DNA of 64,000 nucleotides from a virus (taxonomy: Duplodnaviria > Caudoviricetes), in the IMG/VR virus record IMGVR_UViG_3300050336_000030; one strand, 5' to 3'. Below, in pieces: positions 20,635 through 31,405 of the stretch; the stretch's first letter is position 1, and the number at the start of each line of letters is the position of its first letter. Made by a program: the position numbers and the translations under genes. Below the pieces are notes generated by a model that was not told the origin of the DNA, ran no database searches, and was given only the letters and a program-made list of their open reading frames with translations.

Positions 20635-20748
20635 ATGAAACTATTAAAATTCATGTTAACATGGTTACTAATGATAATAATGGCTATTTTTATGCCAGTG
20701 TTGATGTTAATGAAATATAAAGTAACAGTAGAAGCAGAAAGACAATGA
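20635..20748 (+). CDS. 37-aa hydrophobic peptide
   Basis: AAAGGA RBS; MKLLKFMLTWLLMIIMAIFMPVLMLMKYKVTVEAERQ. Confidence 0.5.
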   Translation: MKLLKFMLTWLLMIIMAIFMPVLMLMKYKVTVEAERQ

Positions 20749-20853
20749 ATCAATTCTTTGATTAAGAAGTGATGGTGATATGAAACAATTTAAAAATCTA
20801 TTGACAAATAAATGTAAATTTGGTATAGTAAAGGTAATATGAAACGAACGAAT

Positions 20854-21075
20854 TTAATTTAGAGATTTTGGATCATCACTTATACCGGTAATATAATCAA
20901 GAGATATATTAAAAAATTTAGCAAGTAAGATTAATTTGTTAAGAGTTGGTTCTTTTGTACCAGACAAATAAAATTGCAAACCTCTTACAGATATACCTAT
21001 AGCGTCAGCTAATTCTTGATTAGATATGTTATTTTTTTCTTTTAATTCTTTAAGCCTAGTATTAAAGTTTGCCAT
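20854..21075 (-). CDS. XRE-family HTH repressor
   Basis: RLKELKEK..ISNQELADAIGIS...ISLDYITG. Confidence 0.9.
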   Translation of the reverse strand: MANFNTRLKELKEKNNISNQELADAIGISVRGLQFYLSGTKEPTLNKLILLAKFFNISLDYITGISDDPKSLN

Positions 21076-21107
21076 ATAAATTACCTCGAAAATTTTTTAT
21101 TTTATCA

Positions 21108-21164
21108 TTGACATGAACTAAAGTACATGGTATTATATACATATAAACATGAACTATAGTTCAT
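21108..21164 (+). promoter_or_regulatory. Sigma-A promoter overlapped by two palindromic operators
   Basis: TTGACA..TGgTATTAT; CATGAACTAAAGTACATG and ATGAACTATAGTTCAT (the latter also fits GAAC-N4-GTTC). Confidence 0.7.
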
Positions 21165-21177
21165 AGAAAGGAGTATA

Positions 21178-21384
21178 ATGTTAATATTACGATTAAAAAA
21201 TGAAAGATTGAATAGAAATTTAACACAGGAACAATTAGCAGCAATATTGCAAGTGTCACTTAGAACGTATCAACACTTGGAACATGGAACTAAAAAACCG
21301 TCATGTGATTTAGTTATAAAGTTACAAAATTATTTTAACAAAAATATTCAAGAATTACTAGATAAAGTTGAAGAAGATATCTAG
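21178..21384 (+). CDS. Cro-like XRE HTH protein
   Basis: LTQEQLAAILQVSLRTYQHLE.G; divergent from 20854. Confidence 0.85.
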   Translation: MLILRLKNERLNRNLTQEQLAAILQVSLRTYQHLEHGTKKPSCDLVIKLQNYFNKNIQELLDKVEEDI

Positions 21385-21418
21385 TATCTTATATTAATAG
21401 AAAGGATTAGGTGGTGAT

Positions 21419-22534
21419 ATGGAAGTAAGACGTACGAATTATTCATTAAAAAGAATAGTTTCGGATATGAAAAAAGGTAAAATAACATTTGATTTTCCAA
21501 TTCAAAGAGAATCTGGACAATGGGACAAAACGCAACAAGGTTTATTAATTCATAGTATTTTACAAGGATTTATTATTCCCGATGTTTATATCATAAAAGA
21601 AGGATCAACTGAATTTTCTCCATTTTCTGTATTAGATGGTAAACAACGGTTAACAACGGTTTATAATTACTACAATGATAAATTTAAACTTCCAAAAGAT
21701 ATTGAAAATGTGGTAATAATAGATGTTGATTTTACCAATGGTGAACAAAATATTTCAGAAAATAGTTATATAGTTGCTGATAAGAGATTTTCGGAATTAG
21801 ATGGTAAACTAAAAGAAATTTTTTTAGATTTTACGTTTGATGCAAAAATGCTAGTTGGTTTTACAGATGATGAAATTGAAGAACAATTTTACAGATTAAA
21901 CAATGGATGTATTTTTACTAAAGCACAAAAAAGTAATGTTAAACTTGGTACCGTACTTGCTGGAAAATTAAAAGAAATAGAACAAAGTAATTTTTTCAAA
22001 TATAAAGCATTATTTTCATCTGCCCAAAGAAGAAGAGGTGAAATTACAAGTTGTATATTACAAACACTTATGTTATTGATAGGGTATGAATATAGTAATT
22101 TTGGCTCCAGCGAAGTATTTAAATTTGCAGAATGGTACAGTGAAAATTATGATGAAAAACAATTAGAATATTGTAAACAATTGTTTGACAGACTTTATAA
22201 TTTATTGCCTAAAGATGAAATGTCTAAAAAATATTTAAAGAAAATAAATATTCCCATGCAAGTGATGAACTTGGATTATATGGATAGTTTAGATGAATCA
22301 ATATCCGACAAGGAGTATACGGAATTTTTAACAAAGTGGTTTGAGGTATGGATTGAAACATCTGGATACATAGATTTCTGTGGTCAAGGTTCTACTAGTA
22401 AAACAAAAGTTGAGGGAAGATTAACAATAATTGATAAAGAATTAAAAGATTATGTGATAAATAAAACAATTGAAAGGAACGAGAGCAATGGAACAATTAA
22501 AGAGGAAACTGACAGATTTGAAGCCGCATCCTAA
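21419..22534 (+). CDS. DUF262 (GmrS-like ParB/Srx) domain protein
   Basis: IQR...W, LDGKQRLTT, QFYRLN motifs. Confidence 0.85.
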   Translation: MEVRRTNYSLKRIVSDMKKGKITFDFPIQRESGQWDKTQQGLLIHSILQGFIIPDVYIIKEGSTEFSPFSVLDGKQRLTTVYNYYNDKFKLPKDIENVVIIDVDFTNGEQNISENSYIVADKRFSELDGKLKEIFLDFTFDAKMLVGFTDDEIEEQFYRLNNGCIFTKAQKSNVKLGTVLAGKLKEIEQSNFFKYKALFSSAQRRRGEITSCILQTLMLLIGYEYSNFGSSEVFKFAEWYSENYDEKQLEYCKQLFDRLYNLLPKDEMSKKYLKKINIPMQVMNLDYMDSLDESISDKEYTEFLTKWFEVWIETSGYIDFCGQGSTSKTKVEGRLTIIDKELKDYVINKTIERNESNGTIKEETDRFEAAS

Positions 22535-23627
22535 AAACGAAGAGATTTATGGAAGTAATGAAGACGTAAGTGATCTTATTGTTAAAATTCAAAAAAGCGG
22601 TAAAGTATCAACATTCACTATTACCAAAAATAACGTTATTATCGCAGGTCATAGGAGAAGAAAGGCTTGTATGCAATTAGGTATTAAAGAAGTAAACGTT
22701 GAAATTATGGACTTTGATTCTCCAGAAGATGAAGTTGAGTGGTTGATACTTGACAATGCTACTAGAGAAAAAACAGTTGAACAAAAAGGCAGAGAAGCTA
22801 AAACATTATTGGAAGTAGAAAAAGTTAAGGCAGAAAAGAGATTATCAGAACTAGGTGCAACTGGAGGCAGAGGTAAAAAGGGTATGGCAGAACTGCCACA
22901 GGGTTTTGAAAAGGGATTATCCAGAGATTTAACCGCGCAAAAAGTAGGTTTGAAGTCGGGTAGGGAAGTAGAAAGGGCTATTAAAACAGTAGAAATTATT
23001 GATGGATTAAAGGAGGATGGTAAAGATGAAGAGGCTGAGTTGATAAGAGGAGTATTAAATAATCGAAGTGTATCAATAGCAGAAGAATTAGCAAAAAATA
23101 TTGATAATGTTGTAATTCCAGACGAAGAAAAAGAATTAATTAAAACTGGAAAGAAAAGTGCATATTCATATGTTGAAAAAGCAAAACAAAAATTACAACC
23201 ACAAGAAGAAACTAAAGTATGTAAGGTCTGCGGTAAAGAATTATCATTATATAATTTTTATGATGGTAAAAATACTTGTAAAAATTGTTGTGCAGAAGAA
23301 GATAGAAAAAGAAAAGAAAATAGTAGGGTTTTTCGAGATGCTTCTGGTAATGAATTAAAAATTGATCATGAATTATTAAAGGGGGTTGATATGAATGCCA
23401 TAATTGAAAGTATAAAAGGAGATGTAAATCGGAATCCAGAAATCAATTATGAATTAGAATACGAATTATTTAAATCTAATGTAGACGATTTTATATTCGC
23501 AAATAATAAGTTTATAAAAAATAATGAACTATATAATGGTATGTCAAATGATTTACAATTAATGTTTAAAAATGAAGTAAATAAGTTAAGTAATGCTGTT
23601 GAACAATTAAAAAATATTATAAAATAA
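22488..23627 (+). CDS. ParB N-terminal-domain protein with C-terminal CxxC pairs
   Basis: LKPHPKN, IIAGHRRRKAC, CKVC/CKNC. Confidence 0.8.
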   Translation: MEQLKRKLTDLKPHPKNEEIYGSNEDVSDLIVKIQKSGKVSTFTITKNNVIIAGHRRRKACMQLGIKEVNVEIMDFDSPEDEVEWLILDNATREKTVEQKGREAKTLLEVEKVKAEKRLSELGATGGRGKKGMAELPQGFEKGLSRDLTAQKVGLKSGREVERAIKTVEIIDGLKEDGKDEEAELIRGVLNNRSVSIAEELAKNIDNVVIPDEEKELIKTGKKSAYSYVEKAKQKLQPQEETKVCKVCGKELSLYNFYDGKNTCKNCCAEEDRKRKENSRVFRDASGNELKIDHELLKGVDMNAIIESIKGDVNRNPEINYELEYELFKSNVDDFIFANNKFIKNNELYNGMSNDLQLMFKNEVNKLSNAVEQLKNIIK

Positions 23628-23632
23628 GGAGA

Positions 23633-24505
23633 ATGAAAATTATGAGTACATTAAAAAATTTAATTAAAAACAATAAGGTAGTGGATGGTAATTTGGCACT
23701 TAATAATGTGGTAGATATTACAGATGAACCAGCAGGGACAATTAAAACTATGAAACTTAATACATCAGTGTTAAACTCAACTCAGCCTTATCAACGCGAT
23801 TTAGATCAAAAGAAAATTGCTGTTATTGTATCTAATTTTAATATTCATAAATTTGGTATTATTAAGGTTAGTTATAGAGATGGGGTATATTATGTTTATG
23901 ATGGGCAACATAGATTAGCCGCAATTAAAACCAAAAATGGTGGCAGAGATTGTTTAGTAGAGTGTGAAGTTCACTATGGACTTACATACGAAGATGAAGC
24001 TAGATTGTTTGCGGAACAATATGATGGAGCAACAAAAGTTGATATTGTATATAAGTGGAGGGCTATGTATGAAGGTAGGTTACAGCCTGTATATGAAATA
24101 GTAAACTCATGTAAGAGAATTGGAATTGATATTAATTTTTCAAAATCCAAAACTAACAATCGTATAATTTGTCTTGGTGAATTACAGAAAATGTGGAATA
24201 AACTTAAGGCTGAAGATACTTTAAAAGCCATTAGTTTAATTAAAGAGACTTGGAATGGGGATATGAATTCATTTAACAAGAGTATAGTTGCCGGAATGAA
24301 AGAGTTTTATGCAATTTATAAAGATGAAATTAATGAACAGACTTTTGTTAAGCAATTGAGAAGAATTGAACCTGCTAAGATCGAAGCTCTTGGAAATTCT
24401 GATATGATTACTCGTGGTGATTTAAAATATGCAAAGGTTATTTGGGATGTATATAATAGAAATCTCAGAGAAAATAATCGTTTAGATTATAAGTTTAAAG
24501 GTTAA
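23633..24505 (+). CDS. ParB/Srx-like (DUF6551-type) protein
   Basis: PYQRDLD...YVYDGQHRL...EARLF. Confidence 0.7.
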   Translation: MKIMSTLKNLIKNNKVVDGNLALNNVVDITDEPAGTIKTMKLNTSVLNSTQPYQRDLDQKKIAVIVSNFNIHKFGIIKVSYRDGVYYVYDGQHRLAAIKTKNGGRDCLVECEVHYGLTYEDEARLFAEQYDGATKVDIVYKWRAMYEGRLQPVYEIVNSCKRIGIDINFSKSKTNNRIICLGELQKMWNKLKAEDTLKAISLIKETWNGDMNSFNKSIVAGMKEFYAIYKDEINEQTFVKQLRRIEPAKIEALGNSDMITRGDLKYAKVIWDVYNRNLRENNRLDYKFKG

Positions 24506-24522
24506 TTAATTGATAATTAAAA

Positions 24523-24630
24523 ATTACGGCAAAATATCACCGTCAAAGTATCAATTTCGCCGTAATGAATAGCAATATCCTTTGAAAGGATATCCTTATT
24601 TATTATATATCATTATTGATATCCTTTCAA
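24523..24630 (-). promoter_or_regulatory. Antisense promoter plus hairpin (putative sRNA), copy 1
   Basis: Minus TTGAAA-N17-TATAAT (24630-24602); hairpin 24523-24566. Confidence 0.55.
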
Positions 24631-24655
24631 GAATTAAAAATGAGGAGATTACATA

Positions 24656-24937
24656 ATGAACGGAAAAATCCAAAAAGTAATTGATTTATATGAAGCTTCT
24701 TATGATAGATTGACTGGTGTTTGTATATATGTAAATAGTCAAGTTTATGACACGGATTTTACTTCAGTAACATTTTATGAAGATAAATTTCACTTTGAAT
24801 TTGACGAAGATGAATTAGATGATTTTGAAGTAAATATAACTGAAATAGTGGATATAAAATTTGATAAAGTTTCAGGAATGGTTGTTTCCATTTTAGAATT
24901 ATTTAATGGAGATGTAATATTAATATTTAATTTATAG
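24656..24937 (+). CDS. Small acidic protein, distant paralog of 29864-30157
   Basis: Similar C-terminal pattern (F.V....I..I.F.K.S). Confidence 0.65.
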   Translation: MNGKIQKVIDLYEASYDRLTGVCIYVNSQVYDTDFTSVTFYEDKFHFEFDEDELDDFEVNITEIVDIKFDKVSGMVVSILELFNGDVILIFNL

Positions 24938-25022
24938 TAATAAGTCTCCGGTGTTAGAGATAGCATCGGAGATATAATCGGAAACATATAAGTAATATGA
25001 AACAATGAAAGGAGCGATAAAT

Positions 25023-25565
25023 ATGTATGTATTAACTAACGGAACATGCTATTATAATAAAACAGATACAAATAAAATAGTAAAAGTTACAAATATTAAC
25101 GATGCGTTTATATTTGATACAGAAGAACAGGCAAACAAAGAAATTAAGAGAGCTCCAGCAAAATTAAAAAACTATAAACTCAAAGAAATCTTTGAGGTAG
25201 CCCCACAGTCACATAAGATATGTAAACGAAAATCGTTTGGTACAGGAACCAGAAAAGCAGTTTACAGAAAGTCCAAAGGTCATTGTTGCTTGTGCGGTGA
25301 ATTTGTTGATTATGATGATTTTACAGTGGATCACATCATTCCGTTAGCAAAGGGTGGTACTAATGATATTGATAATTTACAATGCGCTTGCAAAGTATGT
25401 AATAACATTAAAACTGACGTTTTACCAAATGAATTTATTGATAAGATTACAGAAATGATTATTCATAATATGAACAATAAATATAATAAGAAAATAGGAA
25501 ATAAAATTATTAAGATGATAATAACAGCTAATGTACATAGATTAATTAAAAGAAAATCTAGTTAA
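25023..25565 (+). CDS. HNH endonuclease
   Basis: CCLCG...TVDHIIPLAKGG..DIDNLQCAC..CN..K. Confidence 0.9.
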   Translation: MYVLTNGTCYYNKTDTNKIVKVTNINDAFIFDTEEQANKEIKRAPAKLKNYKLKEIFEVAPQSHKICKRKSFGTGTRKAVYRKSKGHCCLCGEFVDYDDFTVDHIIPLAKGGTNDIDNLQCACKVCNNIKTDVLPNEFIDKITEMIIHNMNNKYNKKIGNKIIKMIITANVHRLIKRKSS

Positions 25566-25911
25566 AATACTTATTTGATACATAGAAAGGAGAATTAATA
25601 TGTTTGATTGTGAAAATGAAATGTGCTGCTATACATGTTTAAGTGGTGAATATGTTAAAGACAATGATTTAGGATATAAAGTATTATGTCATGAAGATGA
25701 TGAGTATAGAGAACCAGATGAAGTTTGTTTGAAATTTAAAGATCATCAACAATATAAAAATACTATTTTGTAAAGAAAGGAATATGAAATGTATGTCAGG
25801 ACTGAAGTTATTAATAAATATAGTAAATGAAATATTTTTCTCCAAGAAAAGAGCGAATGATTTATATAATAAAAATCAAGAAAGGAAAAGAAAGTTAGGT
25901 TTAATAAAATA

Positions 25912-26139
25912 ATGAAAATGCAGGAATTAAGATTAAATGATACGGAAAGATATAAGAAATTTGTTGCACTTAAAATAATAGGGGTTACGGTAGAAAGAGT
26001 TAATAAAAAGCTGGTGATATCAATAGAAAATTACCCTAATGCAGATAAATATATGGATACTACTTTTGATACTGTAGATGATATCCTAATGGCATTTAAA
26101 GATGAATTTATGAAACAGAAAATTAAATTAGCAGCTTAG
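25912..26139 (+). CDS. Hypothetical protein
   Basis: ORF only. Confidence 0.55.
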   Translation: MKMQELRLNDTERYKKFVALKIIGVTVERVNKKLVISIENYPNADKYMDTTFDTVDDILMAFKDEFMKQKIKLAA

Positions 26140-26320
26140 TAAAGGAGATGTGAAACCATGACAGGAATATTCAAACTATTATTTTTACCTATATTAAAAT
26201 TTATGGAGTATGATAGCTACGTTAAAACACGTGATAGACTTGATAATGATCCGTATAATACGATTAAGAGTGACAAGTGGAAACGAGAACGTGGAATGTT
26301 AAAGTGAAAGGGTGATAATT

Positions 26321-27298
26321 ATGTGTTACAAAGACGAGGTTCAAAGAGAATCTATTGAAAAATTAGAAGAAAAATTAGTCAATGTACCGGAGTTTATACA
26401 GAATTATTTTACATTCTTGAACAGTGCTAAGTCTAAAGTCGTATATTGGAGTAATATTCGTTCTTTTTTAGAATGGCTTATTGAACAAAAGGTTATTAAA
26501 AATACAGTAGAATATATTGTAGTTGACGATTTAAAGAATGTAAATGATATTCATATAGTTAAATATTTAGATGGTAGATTAGCAGGTATGTATGGAGAAA
26601 AAATATCTCTCAATACTGCAAATAATAAAATGAATTACATTAGAGGGTTTTGGAGTTACTTACTTGAAAATGATTATGTTCCGAAGAATATAGCAACAAA
26701 AAGAGTTGCTAATAAATACAAAGTAAAAATAGACAAAGAAGTAGAAGTTCCTACTGATGAAGAAGTTGAACAATTTTTAAGCAATCTTGAAAGTATTAAG
26801 AGTGAAATAATAGCAGTTAGAAATATAGCAATCGTTAAGTTATTTATGGGTAGCGGAATTCGTATTGAAGAACTTGTTGGATTGGACATCAATGATTTAC
26901 ATTTAGATGGTAATGAACCATATATTTCTATAATGCGTAAAGGTGAACAACATACAAAAAAAGATTTAGATATAAGTCAATCAGCAGTGGAAGCTATTAA
27001 TGACTATTTAAAAATAAGAAATTTGAATTCTGAATTAAAAGACATGGAACCTTTGTTTTTATCTGAAAGAAAAGATAGATTAGCTCAAAACTCAATTCAA
27101 AAATTCTTTGAAACGTACAGTAATGGAATGATCCATCCTCATATGCTCCGGCATTACGCAGGTACTAAAATGTATGAAAGCAATCATGATATTGTGGGAG
27201 TAAGTGAACAGTTAGGTCATGGAGATATTAATACAACTAAAAAGTATTATGTTAAGTCTGACAAGAGTTCTATTAGGGCTGCATTAAATAGTATTTGA
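26321..27298 (+). CDS. Tyrosine recombinase (XerC/D-like; positionally like SPbeta YopP)
   Basis: Intact catalytic set: GIRIEEL, RKG, HMLRH, LGH, TTKKYY. Confidence 0.9.
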   Translation: MCYKDEVQRESIEKLEEKLVNVPEFIQNYFTFLNSAKSKVVYWSNIRSFLEWLIEQKVIKNTVEYIVVDDLKNVNDIHIVKYLDGRLAGMYGEKISLNTANNKMNYIRGFWSYLLENDYVPKNIATKRVANKYKVKIDKEVEVPTDEEVEQFLSNLESIKSEIIAVRNIAIVKLFMGSGIRIEELVGLDINDLHLDGNEPYISIMRKGEQHTKKDLDISQSAVEAINDYLKIRNLNSELKDMEPLFLSERKDRLAQNSIQKFFETYSNGMIHPHMLRHYAGTKMYESNHDIVGVSEQLGHGDINTTKKYYVKSDKSSIRAALNSI

Positions 27299-27353
27299 TT
27301 AAACAGGATTATTTGAATGTCTACAATTTGTATGATATAATTACAGTAATTAT

Positions 27354-29483
27354 TTGGTAGAAGAAATGTTTTTAAAACAGAGATTTTATAGTGATATGAA
27401 AGGAAAATTTGTGATGGATGATATAAAACAAATGAAAAATAAATGCCATCAAGTTTTTGATTCCTACTGGGCGAAACAATTAAAGGGGACAGATAAGAAA
27501 CACATTAGAAATGTCAGGAAAAGAGCTTACATTAGATTAACAACTGAAATGAGATTGCCTGATAAAAGATATAGCCATTTTAGTAAAATGAATGACTTAC
27601 AAACACTGAATAAGGCTTATGCAATTATAATACAATGGTAAATATAAACATTATTTCATGTAGAAAGAGAGGATGTTATGTATAAAGTAACGTATTTAGA
27701 TGAAAACAGAAAAGGATTTTCAAATACAGAGCCTTGGATATTAGACGAATTTGAAAATATTAATATAGCGAACAGTGAAGCTGATCGGCTCATTGAAGAA
27801 GGATATAAAGATGTGAAAGTAATACCTGTTAAATTAATTACTTGGCAGTGTTTAAAAAAGCTAAATAATGAAGAATTGTTAAATTTAGTAACAGATATTA
27901 ATAACGGCACTAGTTATACAGTAGATGGATATGAAGATATTTATCCTACTGATGAAGAAATTTTAGATTATGCAGGAGTATAAATAACACGATAAAAAAC
28001 GATTTTTATTTTGATTTATAAAAAGGAGATGTTTTTATTTGAAACATATTGTAACAACGGTGAATGAAAGAGCTGGAGTTTATCCAGTAGGAACAAGTTC
28101 TTGTTTTAATATAGGTATTAGTGGTAATTGTAAAAATAATTGCTACAAGTGTTCTGCATTTGATAATGATGAAATGACAGATCAGGATATTGTTGATAAT
28201 TTTGGAGTAGAAGAACAGGAACGTATGTTAAAAGAATTTGAAGAATGTGGTGATTTATAAATAAAAAATTTTGTTGGAGGATTTTAAATGGCAGCAATAT
28301 GTAAAGAGTGTGGATGTGAAGATTTAAGATTTGACGAAAATATAGGTTATTATTGCAATAACTGTTCTAGTGTAAATATTTTATATTTTAAACAATATGA
28401 AAGTGAAAATTTCACAATAAAACAATTAAAAAGTAAATATAAAGAGCAGATAAAAAAGTAATTTTGTTTAGATTAAAAAAAGGAGATGATAAAAATGAGA
28501 TTAACTAATAAAACAGAACGTTGGAGTATGGGAAACGAAACGTATAAAGGGAAATACAAAGGATATGAATGTAATATTAGCTATTCTTCAGAATATTATA
28601 GTAAAATTCCATTTTGGTATTTTACATGTACTAGTAAGGAAGATAAAAGTTTTAATTCATTGTGGAATAGTTTAAAGTACAATACAAAAGAAGAGTGCCA
28701 TGATGCTTGTATAAAATATATTGATGAAGATTGTAAATGAACTTAAATTTTGTTTGGTTATAAGGAGGATGATAAGATGAAATTAACTGATAAGACAGAT
28801 AAATGGAGTATGGGCAGTAGAAGATATGAAGGAAGAAAGAATGGATATAAAGTAGCAATTATTTTTTTAGCAAAAAGTTGGGCTGATGAAAACGAATATT
28901 GGTTTTATACGTTGTCTAATGATAACTATAGTTACAATTGTTTATGGGAAAAATTATTATTTACTAGTTATCCAACTAACTTTATATGGTAATTTGCAGA
29001 CCAAACGAGAATTTGGTAGTTATAGAAAGGAATGATAATTATGGATGATATTATTCTATCCAGAGAAGCTTCTTTGAATTTAATTAAACAGTTATGTAAT
29101 CCTGACAAAGAAGCATTAGAAAAAAGAGATGAGTATTTAGCAAGCATATATCAAGCAGTAATAAAAAATAAAGATGGATCTATCACATTAATATGTGATG
29201 ATTTGGATTTGATCGAATTAGAACATCAATCGTCTGATTGATGTTTAAAAATGAAAAGGAGATTAAAATTATGGATAGTAAATTAGAGTATGAATTAAGT
29301 GAACAGTTGGAAACACCAAGCTTTGCCAAGATACATACAAAGGTTATGAGATTATGGTGTGAAGCTGAAGAAGGAACAGAAATGTTTGATAAGTTAAAAG
29401 ACATCATTGATACAATTGAGGAAGAACGAAAGAAATTAGAAAATGTTAAGTCATTAGCTTTTATGATAGCTAATAAATTATAG
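27354..29483 (+). other. Array of about 8 small hypothetical genes (incl. paralogs 28486-28740 and 28777-28992)
   Basis: Junction sites at 27372, 27642, 27992, 28257, 28450, 28736, 29000, 29225, 29484. Confidence 0.65.
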
Positions 29484-29577
29484 ATGAAAGAATCATTTGA
29501 TGCTAAAAATAATTTTATAAATGTACTTGACACGTACATGTTAAGTGTATATAATGGTACTTGAAAGGAGGAACAAT

Positions 29578-29727
29578 ATGGCAAAGCAAAAGCAAAACAC
29601 TAAAAGAGTTAGTGTTTTCTTATCCCCAGAAATACATCAAGAATTACAATTAGAAGCAGAAGAAAAAGGAATGAATGTTAGTGCTTTAATTAGATTGATT
29701 ATAATGGAGAGAAGAACAAAAAAATAG
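29578..29727 (+). CDS. Ribbon-helix-helix (CopG-like) regulator
   Basis: RVSVFLSPEIHQELQLEAEEKGMNVSALIR; own TTGACA/TATAAT promoter. Confidence 0.8.
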   Translation: MAKQKQNTKRVSVFLSPEIHQELQLEAEEKGMNVSALIRLIIMERRTKK

Positions 29728-29837
29728 TGGTTGCATCACCCTGAGAAAGTTAACAACCACTATAGCCATACTTTGCCACATAAACTCATAGGTGGATTGG
29801 CTATTAATATTATAGCATAAATGGCTAATCCTTTCAA
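29724..29837 (-). promoter_or_regulatory. Antisense promoter plus hairpin (putative sRNA), copy 2
   Basis: Minus TTGAAA-N17-TATAAT (29837-29809); hairpin 29724-29763. Confidence 0.55.
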
Positions 29838-29863
29838 GTTGTTAAAGAAAGGAAACTATAATA

Positions 29864-30157
29864 ATGATTAAAGAAGAATTGAACAAAGCAATTAACATGC
29901 AAGAAGAATTTGGAAACCCATTTATTGTTGTATATAAACCTAAGAACAAAAATAAAATCGTTGAATTCGATTCTGATACAGCTGCATTTGACATTGTGGA
30001 AAATACAGTAATGTTTGACTTTTGGGAGATGGATGGATTTAATGTAAAGTTAGATAAAATCAAATCTATTCTGTTTGAAAAATTTTCAGATGCTATGACA
30101 ATTGTACATATTAGTTTAAAAAATAAAAATACGGTGATGCTACATTTTATGAAATAA
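29864..30157 (+). CDS. Small protein, distant paralog of 24656-24937
   Basis: RBS AAAGGA; similarity by eye. Confidence 0.65.
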   Translation: MIKEELNKAINMQEEFGNPFIVVYKPKNKNKIVEFDSDTAAFDIVENTVMFDFWEMDGFNVKLDKIKSILFEKFSDAMTIVHISLKNKNTVMLHFMK

Positions 30158-30187
30158 TTTCTTGTGACTTGGGAAGGTGGTGATAAG

Positions 30188-31405
30188 ATGAAAGTCACAA
30201 GAGTAGAACAACAAATGATTAAGAAAAGTCACCCATTATGGAAAGTTATTGATGAAAAATGTTATCATTCTAAAAACTTATATAATGAAGCTAATTATGT
30301 AATCAGACAAGAGTTTATAAATAATGGTAAATATATTAATTACTATGATATGAACAAAGAATTTAAAACACACGATAATTATAAGCTATGCGGAAGTCAA
30401 CCTGCTAATTGTACTTTGAGGCTACTTGATAAGAACTGGAAATCTTTCTTTGTAGCTATAAAGGATTGGACTAAGAATAAAGAAAAATATCTTGGTATGC
30501 CAAAAATGCCAAAGTATCTTAAAAAGGATGGTAGATATATTTGGAGTATCCCTAACAATACCGTTTTCATTAAAGAAGCTGGTAAAATTCATTTTGCAAT
30601 AAGAAAAATGCAATCGTATAATTGGAAGACTAACGCAAAAGGCAGATTATTACAAGTAAGATTCGTACCAAGAGCAAACTTCTACATGATGGAAATTATA
30701 TATGAAACAGAAGTGATTGATATACCTTCAGATCTTAAATCTAGCAGAATTACATCAATTGATTTAGGGATAGACAACTTTATAACTATGACAAATAATA
30801 TCGGCATTCAGCCAATTATTATTAACGGTAAAGGTATTAAATCCATAAATCAATTTTATAACAAACAAAGAGCCAAGATGCAAAGTGAACTAAAAATAAG
30901 GCATAATAAGTTTACAAGTAACAAATTTATTGCAATGACTAACAAAAGAAATAGGCGAATCAAGAATTATATTCATTGTACTAGTAAATATATAGTCGAT
31001 TATTGCAAGAAAAATAACATTGACACATTAGTTTGTGGGATTAATAAGGAATGGAAGCAAGAATCAAGTATGAGTAAAGTTTCAAATCAAAAGTTTATTA
31101 CAATTCCTTATGATATGTTAATTAGCCAGCTAGAATACAAGTGTCAGGATTATGGCATTAAATTCATCACAACAGAAGAGAACTATACAAGCGGTACATC
31201 ATTCTTAGATGGTGAAATTCCATGTAAAGAAAATTATGATAAGAGCAGACGTATCAAGAGAGGTTTGTTTCAATCTAAAAATCAATTAATAAACAGCGAT
31301 GTAAATGGTTCACTACAAATCATGAAGAAAGTATTTCCAGATGCATTTAAGCAATGCTACGGAATAGAGGGTGTTCTAACCCCTGTAATTATAAGTGTAG
31401 CGTAA
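30188..31405 (+). CDS. tnpB: TnpB RNA-guided endonuclease (IS200/IS605 family, no TnpA)
   Basis: KNLYN, SIDLGIDN, NQFYNK, EENYTS, NSDVNGS; no CxxC zinc finger. Confidence 0.9.
   Translation: MKVTRVEQQMIKKSHPLWKVIDEKCYHSKNLYNEANYVIRQEFINNGKYINYYDMNKEFKTHDNYKLCGSQPANCTLRLLDKNWKSFFVAIKDWTKNKEKYLGMPKMPKYLKKDGRYIWSIPNNTVFIKEAGKIHFAIRKMQSYNWKTNAKGRLLQVRFVPRANFYMMEIIYETEVIDIPSDLKSSRITSIDLGIDNFITMTNNIGIQPIIINGKGIKSINQFYNKQRAKMQSELKIRHNKFTSNKFIAMTNKRNRRIKNYIHCTSKYIVDYCKKNNIDTLVCGINKEWKQESSMSKVSNQKFITIPYDMLISQLEYKCQDYGIKFITTEENYTSGTSFLDGEIPCKENYDKSRRIKRGLFQSKNQLINSDVNGSLQIMKKVFPDAFKQCYGIEGVLTPVIISVA

Noticed and set aside
20308-24505. Arbitrium aimR/aimP
   Set aside because: No HTH-TPR receptor; the small peptides look like membrane anchors rather than signal-peptide propeptides.
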